A stretch of 62,270 nt of DNA, the filler included. It is 10 parts of 10 records of this genome, joined end to end, with 100 filler letters (N's around TTAATTAATTAA, not from the genome) between each part and the next. Parts side by side here need not be neighbours in the genome. Positions count along the whole stretch, not along the records: positions 6,737 to 12,177 come from SRR7504441_14654; positions 12,278 to 16,543 come from SRR7504441_14708; positions 16,644 to 29,097 come from SRR7504441_14711; 7 more parts are not named here. One strand, written 5' to 3'. Position 1 is the stretch's first letter. Every line of letters begins with the position of its first letter. The notes below the pieces were generated by a model. That model worked only from the letters and a program-made list of their open reading frames with translations, searched no databases and was not told where the DNA came from. The position numbers and the translations under genes are program-made. Below, piece after piece: positions 10,023 through 22,468 of the stretch.

Positions 10023-11989
10023 TTACATCTTTGAAGTCCCGCTGTCTTCGTCGTCATCCTCGTCATCATCATCAGTGCGATTGTTCAGAGCCCTCCAGTG
10101 CTCCTTTTTCAAAGTCTTCAGTCGCGATGCCACCTGCCAATGCCGTAAGTCACCCTTGAATCAAAGTAAGTTTGACTCAATATCACCTCGACTAAATGCC
10201 TTTGGAGGAACGACTGCTCAGCCAATCTCAATTGCCAGAGCAACCTGAACCAGGCGTTGACCCCAGCCAGCAGGCGGTCACCGTTCGGGCGAATCCTTGG
10301 CCATTAGCAGATGCCACGCAGGCACATTGGCTGCCGCGCAGTGGGTCCCAGACGGGCATGTCCCCTCTTCAAACGCGTTCGAGAGCAGCGTCTGCACCAG
10401 CTTGAGAGCCCCGATCTGCGCCAGGCTGGCATGTGCGGCCAGGCCCGGCACACCTCCTCGGGGACGGCCAAGAATCTCCGCTTGAGCCAGGTCGAGACTC
10501 CCAAGTCGCCGCCCTTGCTGTGCACCGCTTGAAGCTGGCTCGCCGGCATTCCTATCAGCCTTGCACACTGCAGCAAATGGTCCAGCGCCTGCCGCCCGCT
10601 CGCCATCTAATCGCGCACAGGACATACCGCCCATTCGGAAGGTCCGCCGTTGATGTATGCCGGAGCCTCGCAGGTGCGGTCACACATCCAAACGGTGTTG
10701 AACAGCCTGCCTTTGAGCGTACGGGGCTGGGTGTCAGACTTGCGCAGATAGTCGGAGACGGTGCTGAAGTTGAATCGGGGCGAGCTCGAGTGCGAGCCGA
10801 AGCCCCACACCACGAAATTGACCTCCATGCAGTGCCGGCCATACGAGGAGAAGACTTGGCCTCCGGAGGGCACGTGCTGGTGAGAGTGGAACCCGACGTA
10901 TTGGTGCGCCAGCAGCGATAGCTGGGGCGACGAAGCCGCTGGCTCAGCCTTGTCCGGGCCGCGCCGGCGCTGGACCCGGGCCGGGCGGGCCGGCTGGGAG
11001 TGCACCACGTTGTCTATGATCGGCCCGTCGTCGTGATGGTTGAGCATATCCAGGAACGGCGCCAGGCTGCCAGCCGGGCTAGCCGGCCAGTCGGCCCGGG
11101 GCGGCACCAGGTGGAGGTCTGCCCGGCCATCTGGAACTTCCAGCAGCGCGACTTGACCGTTGAGAACGCCCAGGCGCACAGGTCGGGCGTCACTCGGCCC
11201 TGTGCCAACCAAGCTCAGGCCTGCCGGCCGGGCGAGCCACCCCTTGCATGTAGGGCGGGAGCAGCTTCTCAAACTTCTGAGCAAACTTGCACAGCTCGTT
11301 CGAAGTCCTCACCATGCTCCGACGCACCTCGTCAAAACGTCGATGCACCAGAGTCCCATTCAGCACGCTCGCCGATACCCTGCCCCCCACTCAACCGCTC
11401 CCTTGCGCCGGCGCGCGCCCGTCGGTCATGTAGAGCGCCGGCTGGATCTCCTCCTGGCCCGGCCGCTCCCCGCTGGCCGGGTGAGCGACTCACCGGGAGC
11501 GCTTCGATGTAAGGCCGCCAGAAAGAGTCCGGCCGGAGCTTCTCAGATATGAGCTGGAAGGCGAGCAGCGACACCCCGTCCCGCTCGGTGTCCTTGGTGG
11601 GCAGTTTGAATGACGAGTTGACCCGGACGGCCAGCGAGAGCGGCGGCCCAAGCCCGTGATGGTCGCACCTGCCCAAGCTGGCCCGGGCAGGGGCGGGGGG
11701 CAACATGAGCAGAGTCTTGGGGATCGAGGCGACGTGATCGCCCACCGCCAGGGAGCGCCGGGTGGCCACGCCGCGGAGTTGCTCACACCGGCCGAGCGTG
11801 TTGCAATGCAGGAAGTCCTGGACCTGCATCCAATCCAGCCCGCGCGCCCCGTGGGCCCCCTGCCGCCCGGCTCGCCGAGGCGCAGGGGGGACGGACCAGC
11901 CAGTCATACAATCGGTTGACCACCCACTCCCGGTGCGGCGGGGCGCCGGCCACCAGTCCCGCCAGGACCAGCAATAGCCAATCCCGCAT
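10023..11989 (-). CDS. SET-domain lysine methyltransferase (Rubisco-LSMT/SETD3/SETD6-like), multi-intron, with hydrophobic N-terminus
   Basis: Exons carry RGVATRRSLAVGDHVASIP, SFWRPYIEALP, WAFSTVKSRCW, LAPFLDMLNH, GQVFSSYG. Linking the acidic C-terminal exon is less certain. Confidence 0.75.
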
Positions 11990-12952
11990 CTGGGACCTTG
12001 TGCGGATGGCACTCGATGGACAATCTCAACGCGAGTCTTGTCATAAAATCTGAGCGAGGACGTTGACGACGTCGACGCTGCGGTGAAGGTGCGGCGGCCT
12101 TGGTGGTCTAGGTGATGTGGGCGAGGCAACTCTATTTAGTGCCGGGGTATTTGGGCACTCGTGCCGGCCGATAGAATNNNNNNNNNNNNNNNNNNNNNNN
12201 NNNNNNNNNNNNNNNNNNNNNTTAATTAATTAANNNNNNNNNNNNNNNNNNNNNNNNNNNNNNNNNNNNNNNNNNNNAGCGGGCTTGTCGGGACTATCTG
12301 AGCGAGGCAGGCGAGACAGGTACGACCAAGCCTATTCAACAAGGCACGCCATCGAGTGTGGATCGAACTAGGGGCAGCCGGGCAGCGCCTGTCGCGCCGG
12401 AGAACGGCACGCCTTTGCCCAGCCAGGGTTTGTGGGATTGGCTACGGAAAGAAAAGAACAAAACCGGCCTGAACTGAGTCATCTGCAGTACTGGATTCCA
12501 AGTCTGATCTAAGCTTGACGGGAGTTGCCGAACGAACTTTAGTTCGAATTCTACATTGCTAATGTCATCACGAGCTCTACACGCGCTCCGCTTTACACAG
12601 TAGTGACAATGTTAATTAAGCTTCAGTTCAATAGCGCTCGGGCTCAATCAGGATACAATCATGATCAGGACTTCATAGTCATTACACTATAGGACTAGCC
12701 ACTTACTTGTCACCAGCTAGATAATCATAATAAAATGACCACGGGTCTGATACGATTTTTGATAAGATTTTAATAACTACTCAGGCAGCTTCATGTTGTA
12801 CGTACATGATTGTGTTTGTAAGTAAGTAAACACGATCGTACGAGTTAGTACGAGTACGGCAGTACATGTACAGTACTGTATCTAATTCTTGAGTTGTTTG
12901 ACCAATCAACCATAACCGTTCACAATCGTTGACTGATTGATCAGTTATCTAA

Positions 12953-13709
12953 TCACATCTCGGAAGAGATTAGCAGAGACATGTTCTCGATTACACGTTG
13001 GCATGAAGTCATCCACACCCACTGATTTACGCCATCTTTGAACTCCTGGCAATCAATCGACACGCTCCCATCCTTGTCTAGCGACTCAAATACTGCGGTG
13101 TTGTGTTGTTTCGTCTCCATTTCCGCAAGCTCCTTATCTATCCGGGCCTTAACATTGACCTCCTCGTGCTCCACTGCTTTCAGCCTCTCCCGCAGCTGCT
13201 CGCGGGCAGCAGAATCGCTGGGTGTGTGCCTCATCTTGGATCGAATCTATGCCAACACTCAGCCGCCAAGACGCACATCTCAATCTCACCGAGTCTAAGA
13301 TGTACTTAATGAACATCTCGACGAATACCTTTGACCACTTACCATATGCTTCAGCCAGGTCCTTACATAGTGCTGAAAACTCATCCGCTGTTAGGCTCCC
13401 ATCACTGTCGGTGTCATAGCGCTGGAATATGCCCGAGAGCCCCGCCCGAAACGACTCGTCCGCCTGCTCGGCGTGATGGTTGAGCTGGCTCCAGATATCT
13501 GGGTCCCCCACCTGCACTGCCTCGCGCTAAGGCCCGGGTTGCAGCTCGCCTGGTGACTCTGCCCACGAGCGTAACTCCACTCCTCGACGTCCTGTCGGGC
13601 CGCTGAGCGCGGCAGGCCAGGCAGGGACTACCAGAACCCCCCGAAGCCGCTCGTACTCAAGCTCGAAGCTTCTGTCAAACGACGGCTCGCTGCTACCCCG
13701 GCAACCCAT
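12953..13709 (-). CDS. EF-hand Ca2+-binding protein with N-terminal MGCxxS dual-acylation motif
   Basis: DTDSDGSLTADEF and DKDGSVSIDCQEF loops; N-terminus MGCRGS; short introns. Confidence 0.75.
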
Positions 13710-13767
13710 ACTATCAGCGTCCTCCCCCTGCAGGGGGCCACTCCCGGATCAGGAAGCCGTTGTCTCA

Positions 13768-14717
13768 ATGGAGCCGCCGAAGCGGTGGCGGTGTTGCGCG
13801 CCGGCTGGGCGCCGGGGGAGGCTCGGCAGGTGTCGGCTGTGCCACTCTTGGATTGAGGGGAACATCGACGAATGCGCCCGGCAGCCCGCGCCCCTGGGCC
13901 ACGAGCTCACCCGAGCGGCAGCTGCGAGCAGACCATCACAGGGGCCCCACCCAAGCTGCCCAGAGTGCCCCCGCCGCCGCGACACCCACCGCCAAAGCAA
14001 GCGGAGCCGGAGCAGCAGCCGGCTGTAAAGACCAGCATCACAAAGGCACCGCCCTGCTGACCGGGGGCTGAGCCTGCCGAGTGCAGTCGGTGCCCCAGAG
14101 CACAACAGCTGCACCAGGCTTCTACGCCTCTCTGGCCAGGAACCTAGCGCAGGCCGAATCCAACCTGCCCAAGGTGGCATGGCCCAGTCAGCCCTGGCTC
14201 AGGCCCGGGCCCAGGTCTGCAGGAGCTATGACGCTGGGGACGAAGTGGAAGTCTCGGACGATGACGAGATTCAGTTCAACTCTTGTGGGAACGTGTCGCT
14301 TAGATCGGTGCCCAGCAGGCACAGCACAGCCCGGTCAGTCTGGCCCGACAGGTGCGTGATCGCAGCGGAACGGACGGGCTCCGGGGCTCCGGGGCGTTAG
14401 TAGTGTCAGATGACGACGAGCCCACGCGACCGAGGCAGAACAGTAGCTCGAGATCAGGTCCCGCTTGGCTGGAGCTGCCGGGCAGCCGCGTTGGGGGTCA
14501 GGGGTGAATAGTGACGAGCTCGCCAGTTGGAGCGAAACGGCCGCCCAGCCGACTAGCTCGGCCGCAGAGAACTTCTTCTCTTGCAACCTGGACAGCACTT
14601 TGCTCTCAGCAGCCTATACCTCCGCGGGACAGGCGCAGGTGCTCGACCAGCCAGTGGCGTGCCAACCCGGGCTGCTGTAGGCACCTCCCGCTGACTTCTA
14701 CCAGTCACATTCAGTAA
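13768..14717 (+). CDS. Hypothetical multi-exon protein (boundaries uncertain)
   Basis: ATG divergent from the EF-hand gene; GC-rich fragments separated by intron-like segments. Confidence 0.3.
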
Positions 14718-15149
14718 GCGCCGCCCACAGTCAGAGTGAGGTGTTGGCCCTGAAATGATTAGTTGTGTTGACCCTCGGTCAGGTGAGGATCCCAATAAGC
14801 CCGCCGGCGCCCGGGACCAACTACATGGCGCCAAGCATCTCTCAAGTGCTTAACACACAGATAACGCAGCGCGTGAGCTCGGAGGACTCACCAACCCCAC
14901 CTGTCTTTCACGGAGGATTGTACAATGTTAATTGAATGTTCATTTGCATCATGATCACGCATTGGAGCTAAGTTTTGCATGACTTTTGCGCATGCACACA
15001 CTTACAATTCTAGTTATAGATTTGAACGCAATCAGAATTATGTGTTTGAGCCTATAATAAGCTTGTGATCAAGAGCTGATCATAAATCTAAGTTGAGTAT
15101 AATACATGTAAACGCAAGCGTGGCTGGCCGGTTGACGAAGGTAGTGTAC

Positions 15150-16170
15150 TAGGAGCAACACAATGCTGAGCGGTTGCTGTTAGGTTGCTGGGCCTGTTGT
15201 CAGTGCTTGCGAGGGTCATATGCTTGTGTCGACGAGATGTTCAGGATTTGCCAGTGGGAATCTCAGATATCAGCTCCATTATCGCCTGCAGCTTGGAGCA
15301 TACACTCAGCTGGGCCCGCCGCCCCACGTGCTGCTTGCACTCGGGGCACTTCCCAGTCTTGCCAACCCAGCCCTGCCAGCCACCCTCACCAGCACACACC
15401 GGGTGGCGTGCCTTCAGGCATTCTTCACAAAACGTGTGTCCACACGCAGTAGCTACCGGCGAGACCAGGCTTCCTAGGCAAACACTGCACTTGAGTTCTT
15501 CCCTGAGCTTCTCAGCCAGCATCCACGGCTCCTCACCCGCTGCTACCGTCGCAGGCCCCGATCGACGCACTGTAGGCTTCGACCGTTGTGGCGGGCTGCG
15601 CGCCGGCTCGGCTTGGCCGTTGGCGTAGATGGATGCGGTTACTGGGGTCAGTTTGCCGAACCCGGTGTGGGCCCATCTGCCCGCCGCTCGCCTCCCCCCG
15701 GGCTGCTAGCTAACGAACCCTGTGACACCGGTGGAGGTGGTGACATGGACCCAGACCCCGTCTAGAATGCGATCCACGCTCACCTGCCCGGCCGGGCCTC
15801 GGGCCGCTGCCGGCTGCCGGTCACTAAACCTTCTCGTTTGCCATAATGAGCCCAACGTGCTGCTCGTTGGTCAGCTCGGGGGCCCGGCGCACCCGCCATT
15901 CTCTATATCTACCAGCCTCGCGCTCACGGCTGTAACCGCCGGCGCGCACCCGTCGGCCTCCCCAAAATGATAGATGATCGGCGGACAGCATACTCGCACT
16001 CGGGGCCCCGGGGCGACGGCTGCAGTCTTGCGCTTGCGCTTGGGCGGCTCTGGAGGGGAGGCTGTGGGGCTGGGTTTGCGCTTGGAGGGAGGCTGCTTGG
16101 ACCGCCAGAACGCCTCCGGGTCTTGCAGCGCCTTCACGACCTCCAGCCGGATCGCCCGCTTGCCCGTCAT
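15150..16170 (-). CDS. C3HC4 RING finger protein (multi-exon; ends approximate)
   Basis: [27 protein letters not shown]...KCPECK; upstream basic NLS-like exon PKRKRK. Confidence 0.7.
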
Positions 16171-16312
16171 ACAGCACGCTCACATCTCATCTGACATGCC
16201 AGTCATGCCGTTAGCTTCCAGTTCCGTTGGTGCTGACGCTGTGAGTCTGCCTGCTCGCCAGCGGGGCCTTGCGCACCAGCGGGGGACCGAGGACACTCCC
16301 AACCCGAGGCCG

Positions 16313-16543
16313 ATGGAGGCCGATGCGCTGTCGTTGCTCCGGGATTTCGCCGCCGGGGTGCGTTGCGCGGGTGGGGGCCGGCCGACTGGCCTGCAGGCAA
16401 TCGCGGTCACCGAGGACGGGGCGGACCTGCTGCTCGGGGAGGCCCGGCTGGCCAAGGCCTCGACGGTCGAGCTCTCTGGCAAGAGCTTCCAGCTCGACCA
16501 GCTATGGTGCTTCCTCAACAACGGCCAGGTCCCCCCCCCCCCC
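16313..16543 (+). CDS. CDC73: Probable CDC73/parafibromin N-terminus (truncated)
   Basis: MEADALSLLRDF...LLLGEARLAK...FQLDQLWCFLNN resembles the CDC73 N-terminal domain. Confidence 0.5.
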
Positions 16544-16799
16544 NNNNNNNNNNNNNNNNNNNNNNNNNNNNNNNNNNNNNNNNNNNNTTAATTAATTAAN
16601 NNNNNNNNNNNNNNNNNNNNNNNNNNNNNNNNNNNNNNNNNNNGGGACAGGGTAGACACAAAGATAATCGGGGGTGGGACGGGGGTTATGTTTCGATGTT
16701 ACCGGGGGTGGGACATTATCTATTTTTATGGAGCACTCGTACGTGTACAAGTCTACGGTACGCAGTAGACTCAACACACAGTCAGCTGCATCATGATCA

Positions 16800-17915
16800 A
16801 GATGCAGCCGGTGCGGTGCAGCTGCAAAATTGCTCGCGGTATGAATTCGACACAGCAGTTTCACCATGGTGCGAAAGGAGGTGCCCGCGATAAAGGGGGA
16901 GGACTACACGTTCTTCGACATGGACTCGGACGTGGTCTGTCGCCCGAGCGACTTGCTGATCGGGAGCAACGTGGGGCACAATTTCAAGCACATCGAGAGC
17001 GACTTCACCCCGCTCCAGGTATAGCCGCCGACGCTGGCCGGCCTGAGCCCGGCGGCAGCAACGGGTGATGAACAAAGTTCTGGTGGCCAAGAAGAAGCGC
17101 AAGCAAGTCGAGACCTCCCGCGAGAAGATTGTGGTGCCGCGCCCCTCTGCCGGCGGCAGCGCGAGCCCGGCGCGCAGGCCCTCCAGGCGGCTGCGGCGGC
17201 GGCCACCACCGACGGCCAGAACATGATCACCAACGCGATGCGTAAGATGCGGGAGGAGCTCACTCGGGTCGAGGAGAACATGCGCTCCGAACTGGCTCGG
17301 ATCACTGCCATGAACGAGGGTGTGCCCGGGCGGCGGCCGGGGCTGAGCGCGCGGGCAGCCGCACTCAACCCGCAGTTGCAGCTGTGCGACAGCGTGTTGG
17401 CCGATCTGGACGAGGGCGTGTTCCTGGCCAAGGCACGCCAGCGGGCGGTCGACGGCTGAGTGTGAGGGGCCAGAACTATTTGGAATCTGATGATCCAGAC
17501 AGCAAGCCGCTCTCGGTGGTTCAGAGCATAGAGGTGCGCTCGCAGCCGGGCCGGGCCGAGCCCTGGGGCAGGTCGGGATCAACGAGATCGTCGAGACCCA
17601 CCTGGACCAGCCAGTCAAGCTCAAGAAGGTCCCTCCCGGCCCGGGCCCCGCTCAGCCTCAGGTCTGCAGGTGGGCAAGCTCGACCTGTCGTCCGCTTCGG
17701 CCAGGCTGACCAACCTCCGGCTGCCGGTGACCGAGCTGCCCGTGTCGGAGGGCGCGGTCAAGCCCAAGCCGGCCAAGGCATACGAGAGGCTGCACAACCT
17801 GTCTATCCGGCGGCGGGTGGAGGATGTCAACCTGCCGGCCCCGAGGACAACACCGTTCTCCTCTTTCCCGTCCTCCCCCCCGCACACCCGGGGCGCCGGC
17901 AACAGGCTGTTCTGA
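16800..17915 (+). CDS. Coiled-coil protein with degenerate B-box-like segment (5' end uncertain; several ~40-nt introns incl. GC-AG 17433-17473)
   Basis: Exons join in frame (…SDLLIGSNVGHNFKHI…MRKMREELTRVEENMRSEL…). Confidence 0.5.
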
Positions 17916-18112
17916 GCCGCTCGGTGGAGTGCGCACTGACAGAGGATCTGCTTGTGGCAAAGGTGTCGATTGCACAGTGCGGGCGAATGGCAGTCGGCGG
18001 AAGGGCAGTGCCCGGTCCCGGTAGGGTCCTGGGCCTATTTATTCAACGACAGGCAATGCTTGCAACCACTTAGTAATCAAATAAAAGCATGCCGCACAGG
18101 CTAAGCGCTCCG

Positions 18113-18745
18113 CTACGTGACTCGAGTATCCGCTTTCCGCCTCGGTTGAGGCTTTGGTGCATCGCCATCAGTTGGATCGGGCAAGATCCAGCGCTTAGTC
18201 GCCTCGTCGTAGCGCGCAGATCCGGGCGGATGGCGCAACATCAGATCCACGAACCCACGGCCGCGTGGAAGTGGGGGTTGTGCATGCTGCTGATGGATGG
18301 CTCGGGCTGTCACTCCGCCCACCACTGCTGCGAGCACGCTGAGCGAGCACACCAGTGGGTCCTGGGCAAGCCAATCGAACGAGGAGACAGTGGAGGCAGC
18401 CAGCACCAGCGCCGCCGGTACCAACCCCAGGGCTCGCCCGCAGCCCCAGGGCCACACCCAGAGCGCCCCCCCCATCAGCCCACAGGTGGCTACATGGCAC
18501 CAGCCCAGCAGCGCCGTGCCGTTCCAGACGACTCGGAGCACGCAGAGCGCGGCCTCGGCCAAGCCTGCCGCCCGGTGCACGAGCGGCGGCATCCCGAGGT
18601 CGCCCTCCACCTGCAGGACCCAGACCTTGGGCGACAGCGCCTGCAGGCTGGCGGTGCCGAAGATGACAGCCAGGAAGCCGTCGGCCAGAGGCACGCCCTG
18701 CCACAGCCAGGCAGCCGCAGCGCACGCGCACGGCCAGAGCAGCAT
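18113..18745 (-). CDS. Hypothetical multi-pass membrane protein
   Basis: Several hydrophobic helices; divergent from the PhyH-like gene. Confidence 0.5.
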   Translation of the reverse strand: MLLWPCACAAAAWLWQGVPLADGFLAVIFGTASLQALSPKVWVLQVEGDLGMPPLVHRAAGLAEAALCVLRVVWNGTALLGWCHVATCGLMGGALWVWPWGCGRALGLVPAALVLAASTVSSFDWLAQDPLVCSLSVLAAVVGGVTARAIHQQHAQPPLPRGRGFVDLMLRHPPGSARYDEATKRWILPDPTDGDAPKPQPRRKADTRVT

Positions 18746-18881
18746 GACCGACCAGAAATGTGGCCCGATCGGCGGGTTCGCCCGAGGCTCATCAGGACGG
18801 CGCTGTCGGCCCATTCCAACCCTAACGGCATTCTCTTGGTTGGTCAGTGGTGCCACATCCGGACAGCGGGTCACGCTGCCT

Positions 18882-19940
18882 ATGAGGCCCGAATGCGGGC
18901 TTGCTGCGCTGGTCGTCGGTTTAATCGTGGCGTGCTGCGGTTTACCAACTAGCACAGATCGTGAGCTGGTGGTGGCAGCTCTCAGGCGCTGTCAACCACA
19001 TCTAGCGATGGCCGAGGCCCGGTCAGGGCTTCCACTGCGCTCCACTGCAGCCAAGACTGCGGTGTCGGAGGATTGCATGCAAGACCTGCTGAACACGTCC
19101 TTCGCTGAGGACGAGCACTCGTTGTCGCACGGGGTCAGTGCGTGTGAAGGAACAAGGGTAATGCGCAGCGTACTTGGGGAGTGCCAACTAGAGCGCAGGC
19201 TCTCGAGCCTGTACGCAGGATTCAGCCGTGCAAGCACAGAGCGGCAGGTTTTGCAGGGGCTTATGGATGTCGGATTCGCGCGAGTGCGAGCCGACAGGTT
19301 GAGGGAATGCAGTGGCCTCCAACCTACACTTAACATTGACTTCGGGGGTCCCGACTTTAGCAACACCAACCCCGAAACCATCCTGCAGCTTCAGCAGATA
19401 GCATGCATGGTGCACCGTCTTCATGGGGGATTGCAGGGAACGTCGGTCATTCAGCAGAATCTCCGTTCTTGGCTGGGGGCTTGGTCGTCGGGAAGGCGGC
19501 CTCAAGTGATGGACTGGCACTGGGACTCCATTTTCCCCGTGTTTAAAGCGTGGTACTACAAACACGCAACCTGTGCTGAACACGGAGCTATAGTTGTAAA
19601 CACAGGATCCCATCGCCTCACGGCGAGCCGGCTTTGGTGGATCCACGATGGCGGACCGCGAGCAGCACTGTCTTTGAATGTCAGCAAGCTTGGGTTTAAC
19701 AGGAGAATGCTGACAAACAGAGGGAGGATGTCGCCCATGGCAGCGAAACTGAGTGCGCCGGCACCGCAGCAGCAGATATGCGGAAAGGCAGGAGATGTGG
19801 TATTCCTCGATGCACGAGCTCTGCACGCTCGCGGAAACATTAGTGTGGGACAGAGCCGCAACATGTTCTACATCTCTACGAATAGTATGAAGGGTGCAAA
19901 TGCGCGAGCGTTTCGTGCATTTGCATCAGAGTGGGGCTAG
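18882..19940 (+). CDS. PhyH-like Fe(II)/2-oxoglutarate dioxygenase with signal peptide
   Basis: WHWDS (HxD), VVNTGSHR, GKAGDVVFLDARALHARGN...SR. Confidence 0.75.
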   Translation: MRPECGLAALVVGLIVACCGLPTSTDRELVVAALRRCQPHLAMAEARSGLPLRSTAAKTAVSEDCMQDLLNTSFAEDEHSLSHGVSACEGTRVMRSVLGECQLERRLSSLYAGFSRASTERQVLQGLMDVGFARVRADRLRECSGLQPTLNIDFGGPDFSNTNPETILQLQQIACMVHRLHGGLQGTSVIQQNLRSWLGAWSSGRRPQVMDWHWDSIFPVFKAWYYKHATCAEHGAIVVNTGSHRLTASRLWWIHDGGPRAALSLNVSKLGFNRRMLTNRGRMSPMAAKLSAPAPQQQICGKAGDVVFLDARALHARGNISVGQSRNMFYISTNSMKGANARAFRAFASEWG

Positions 19941-20250
19941 CCCTGCATCGGGGTGGCTTAGGTTTCGCATAGAGGCAGCATAGAGTACAATGTCATGGAC
20001 CGATAGCCTCAAATTAGGGGTAGGAAGAGTTACATGTTTAATTACGCACAATCGCACGTGCCTACAATCATGGCCCCAGCGATGGCCTCGGAATCGAGAC
20101 GAACTAGTGCTAGATCTATTAAAGATCTATGTAGATCTATGACGCTTACCAAACAAACTTACTGTACAGTATACGCCGTACTCGTACTCAAACCACGAAT
20201 AAGACTCAGTCTAAGTTAAGCTCGACGTGAGTTGGACGTAGTGAGTATGA

Positions 20251-22306
20251 TCAAGCGTCAAGCTGATGTAAAGCTGATGGAGCTGGATTTCCGACCACGG
20301 CGATCACAAACAAGTACGGAACTGGTAACAAAGAGCCGTCTTGTGTAGGTGCCGGTGTGAGGAACGCACACTCACACTTTTCGATGCTCAGTATCCGGAA
20401 TCCTGCTTGGTTCAGAGTCTGTTCGAGAGCACTCGTGGTCGTTCCCCGTACATTCTGGTGGGCTGTTGGGTTGTTTCCATTTTGCTGATCCCATTGAAAG
20501 GACGCCCACAACTCCCCGTTCGGCTTTAGTACCCTCACTGCTTCCTGGAGCACGGCCCTCTGATCGAGCAGCTCCATAGCCCCTGCAGCAAAGAATGTCA
20601 GAGCCCAGCTCGCTATCATGATCTACTCACCAGTGCAGATGGCAATGTCTGCTGTATTGTCGCCCCATGGAAGCTGCTCATTGGCATTGGCCACTATCAC
20701 GTCGTCGTAACCGCCACGCTTGACCGCTCGCTCTACCATCTGCGGGCTGATATCACAGCCCATCATTCTTCCCTTGTAGCCACACAGCCTGAGCGTCTGG
20801 CCCGGCAGACCAATGCCGCAGGCAATGTCTGCAACCGCCAGCCCCGCAGCGCCGCCGACACAGCGAACTGCACAAGTCCGGCCCAGCCAGCCCTCTACGA
20901 CCGATCTGTTCCCAACGACCCAGTGATCGTATCTCGAGGCCAGCCGATCGAACTTGGCAGCGAGCTCCGATGGCCGCTTGCTCAATGCAGTCATATCAAA
21001 TCCGCCGCCAAATCGAGTCACGTTCCGCTGAAACCAGTTGTCTTCCCGTACGGCGGTGCCTAGTTCTTCTTGCAGGTCGCGCAGCTCGGCCAGCGCCGCA
21101 GCACTCAGACAGCCTTGCTCCCTTGCAGCCTCCAGCTGCTGCGGCAACGCAGTCAGAAGCAAGCCCAGCTGCACGTCTGCCCCGTAGTAGTGCTTTCCGC
21201 TCAGCAACTGGCGAGCCCGTTCGACTAGCGCCGAGCCTGTCTGGTCCTTGCCGCTGCTTAGCTGGACCACCATTGCATTCCCGGGCTCAAACCCCATCTT
21301 GAGGCACAGCTCCAGCCCGCTCTTTGAACAGAGCACAACGCCTTTGTTGCACTCAAGCTCCCGCCAGTGTGCAATGCAACAGTCCATCAGCGCTGTCCCA
21401 ATCCCTCGGTGTCGGACCGTCGGGCAGACGTAGAGACCCCAGCACGTCCCCATTTTGAGCACCTCCGGTTGCACGACAAGCGGCAGTGGCCCTGCCCAGA
21501 TGGAGCTGTTTACACTCCCAACTATCCTTCCATCCAGCCTGGCTGTGAAGGTGCGCCCCCCTCGCGTGGCGCGTGTCTCCTCTAAAAACTGCCGCAGCCG
21601 CTGCTGGCCCCGAGCGTCCAGCCTGCTCAGGCCGGCTTCCTGTCTGGCCAGCGAGGTATGTTCGAGAACAAGCTGCTCTGAGCCGATCTGCTCACCCAGA
21701 CTGACTCCGTCCGGAGCGCGGGCGCCATCAGAACGGCCGGCCGCTGCCAAGTCGAGCGTGATCATCTCGCCCGGTCCGAATCCGACCCTTTGATACACTC
21801 GGCGGCCGGGCTCGGAGGCATGCAGCAGCAGGCCTTTGGTGCAACCCATCGCCTCCCACACATCCTTGGCCCGCTGCATAAGCGCCCCGGCCACCCCGCG
21901 CCCCCGGTGCTCGGGCTGCACGTAGACGGCCCAGACCGACCCATACGCCGGGTCGTGATCGGCCAGTCCGGTTGGGGCCGGCCCAGCCCACACCTGGACA
22001 CACGCCGAGCCGATCACTGCCCCGCTGGCATTGTCCATTGCGACGAGCGTCCTATACCCGAGCTCTTCCCGGGCACGCCCGATAAACTGCTGGGTCTGCT
22101 CGGCCCAGTCTTCGGCCAGCCCGGCCACTCCGCAGTCGCGCCACATCCGGCCCTGAAAAACACCCTGAGTTTCCCACGCCCAGAGGACACGGCACCCAAT
22201 GATCCACCGCCAGTTTGTCCGCCTCCGGCCCGGCCTCCCGCACGCGGAAGCCTCGCGTCGCGCCCGGTGCTGGGGGGCTGAACAACCTCTCCAAAGTGCT
22301 CGCCAT
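20251..22306 (-). CDS. Tandem GNAT acetyltransferase x2 + class I SAM methyltransferase fusion (2 introns)
   Basis: VYVQPEHRGRGVA and LYVCPTVRHRGIG acetyl-CoA motifs; ADIACGIGLPG...GCDISPQMV...EAVRVLKPNG. Confidence 0.8.
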
Positions 22307-22468
22307 TGTGCTCGCCGAACAACACTGCTCGTCCTGAACCTCTTGCGCCACCACCTGGATCGATTTCTAATATTGGAGCCGCCGCCACTACTGTAAGTGC
22401 CGATCTCGCCAGGCGTCCGGCTGTTCCGCGCCTGTGTGGAGCGAAAGGACAGTGGGGTGACCTCCGTG

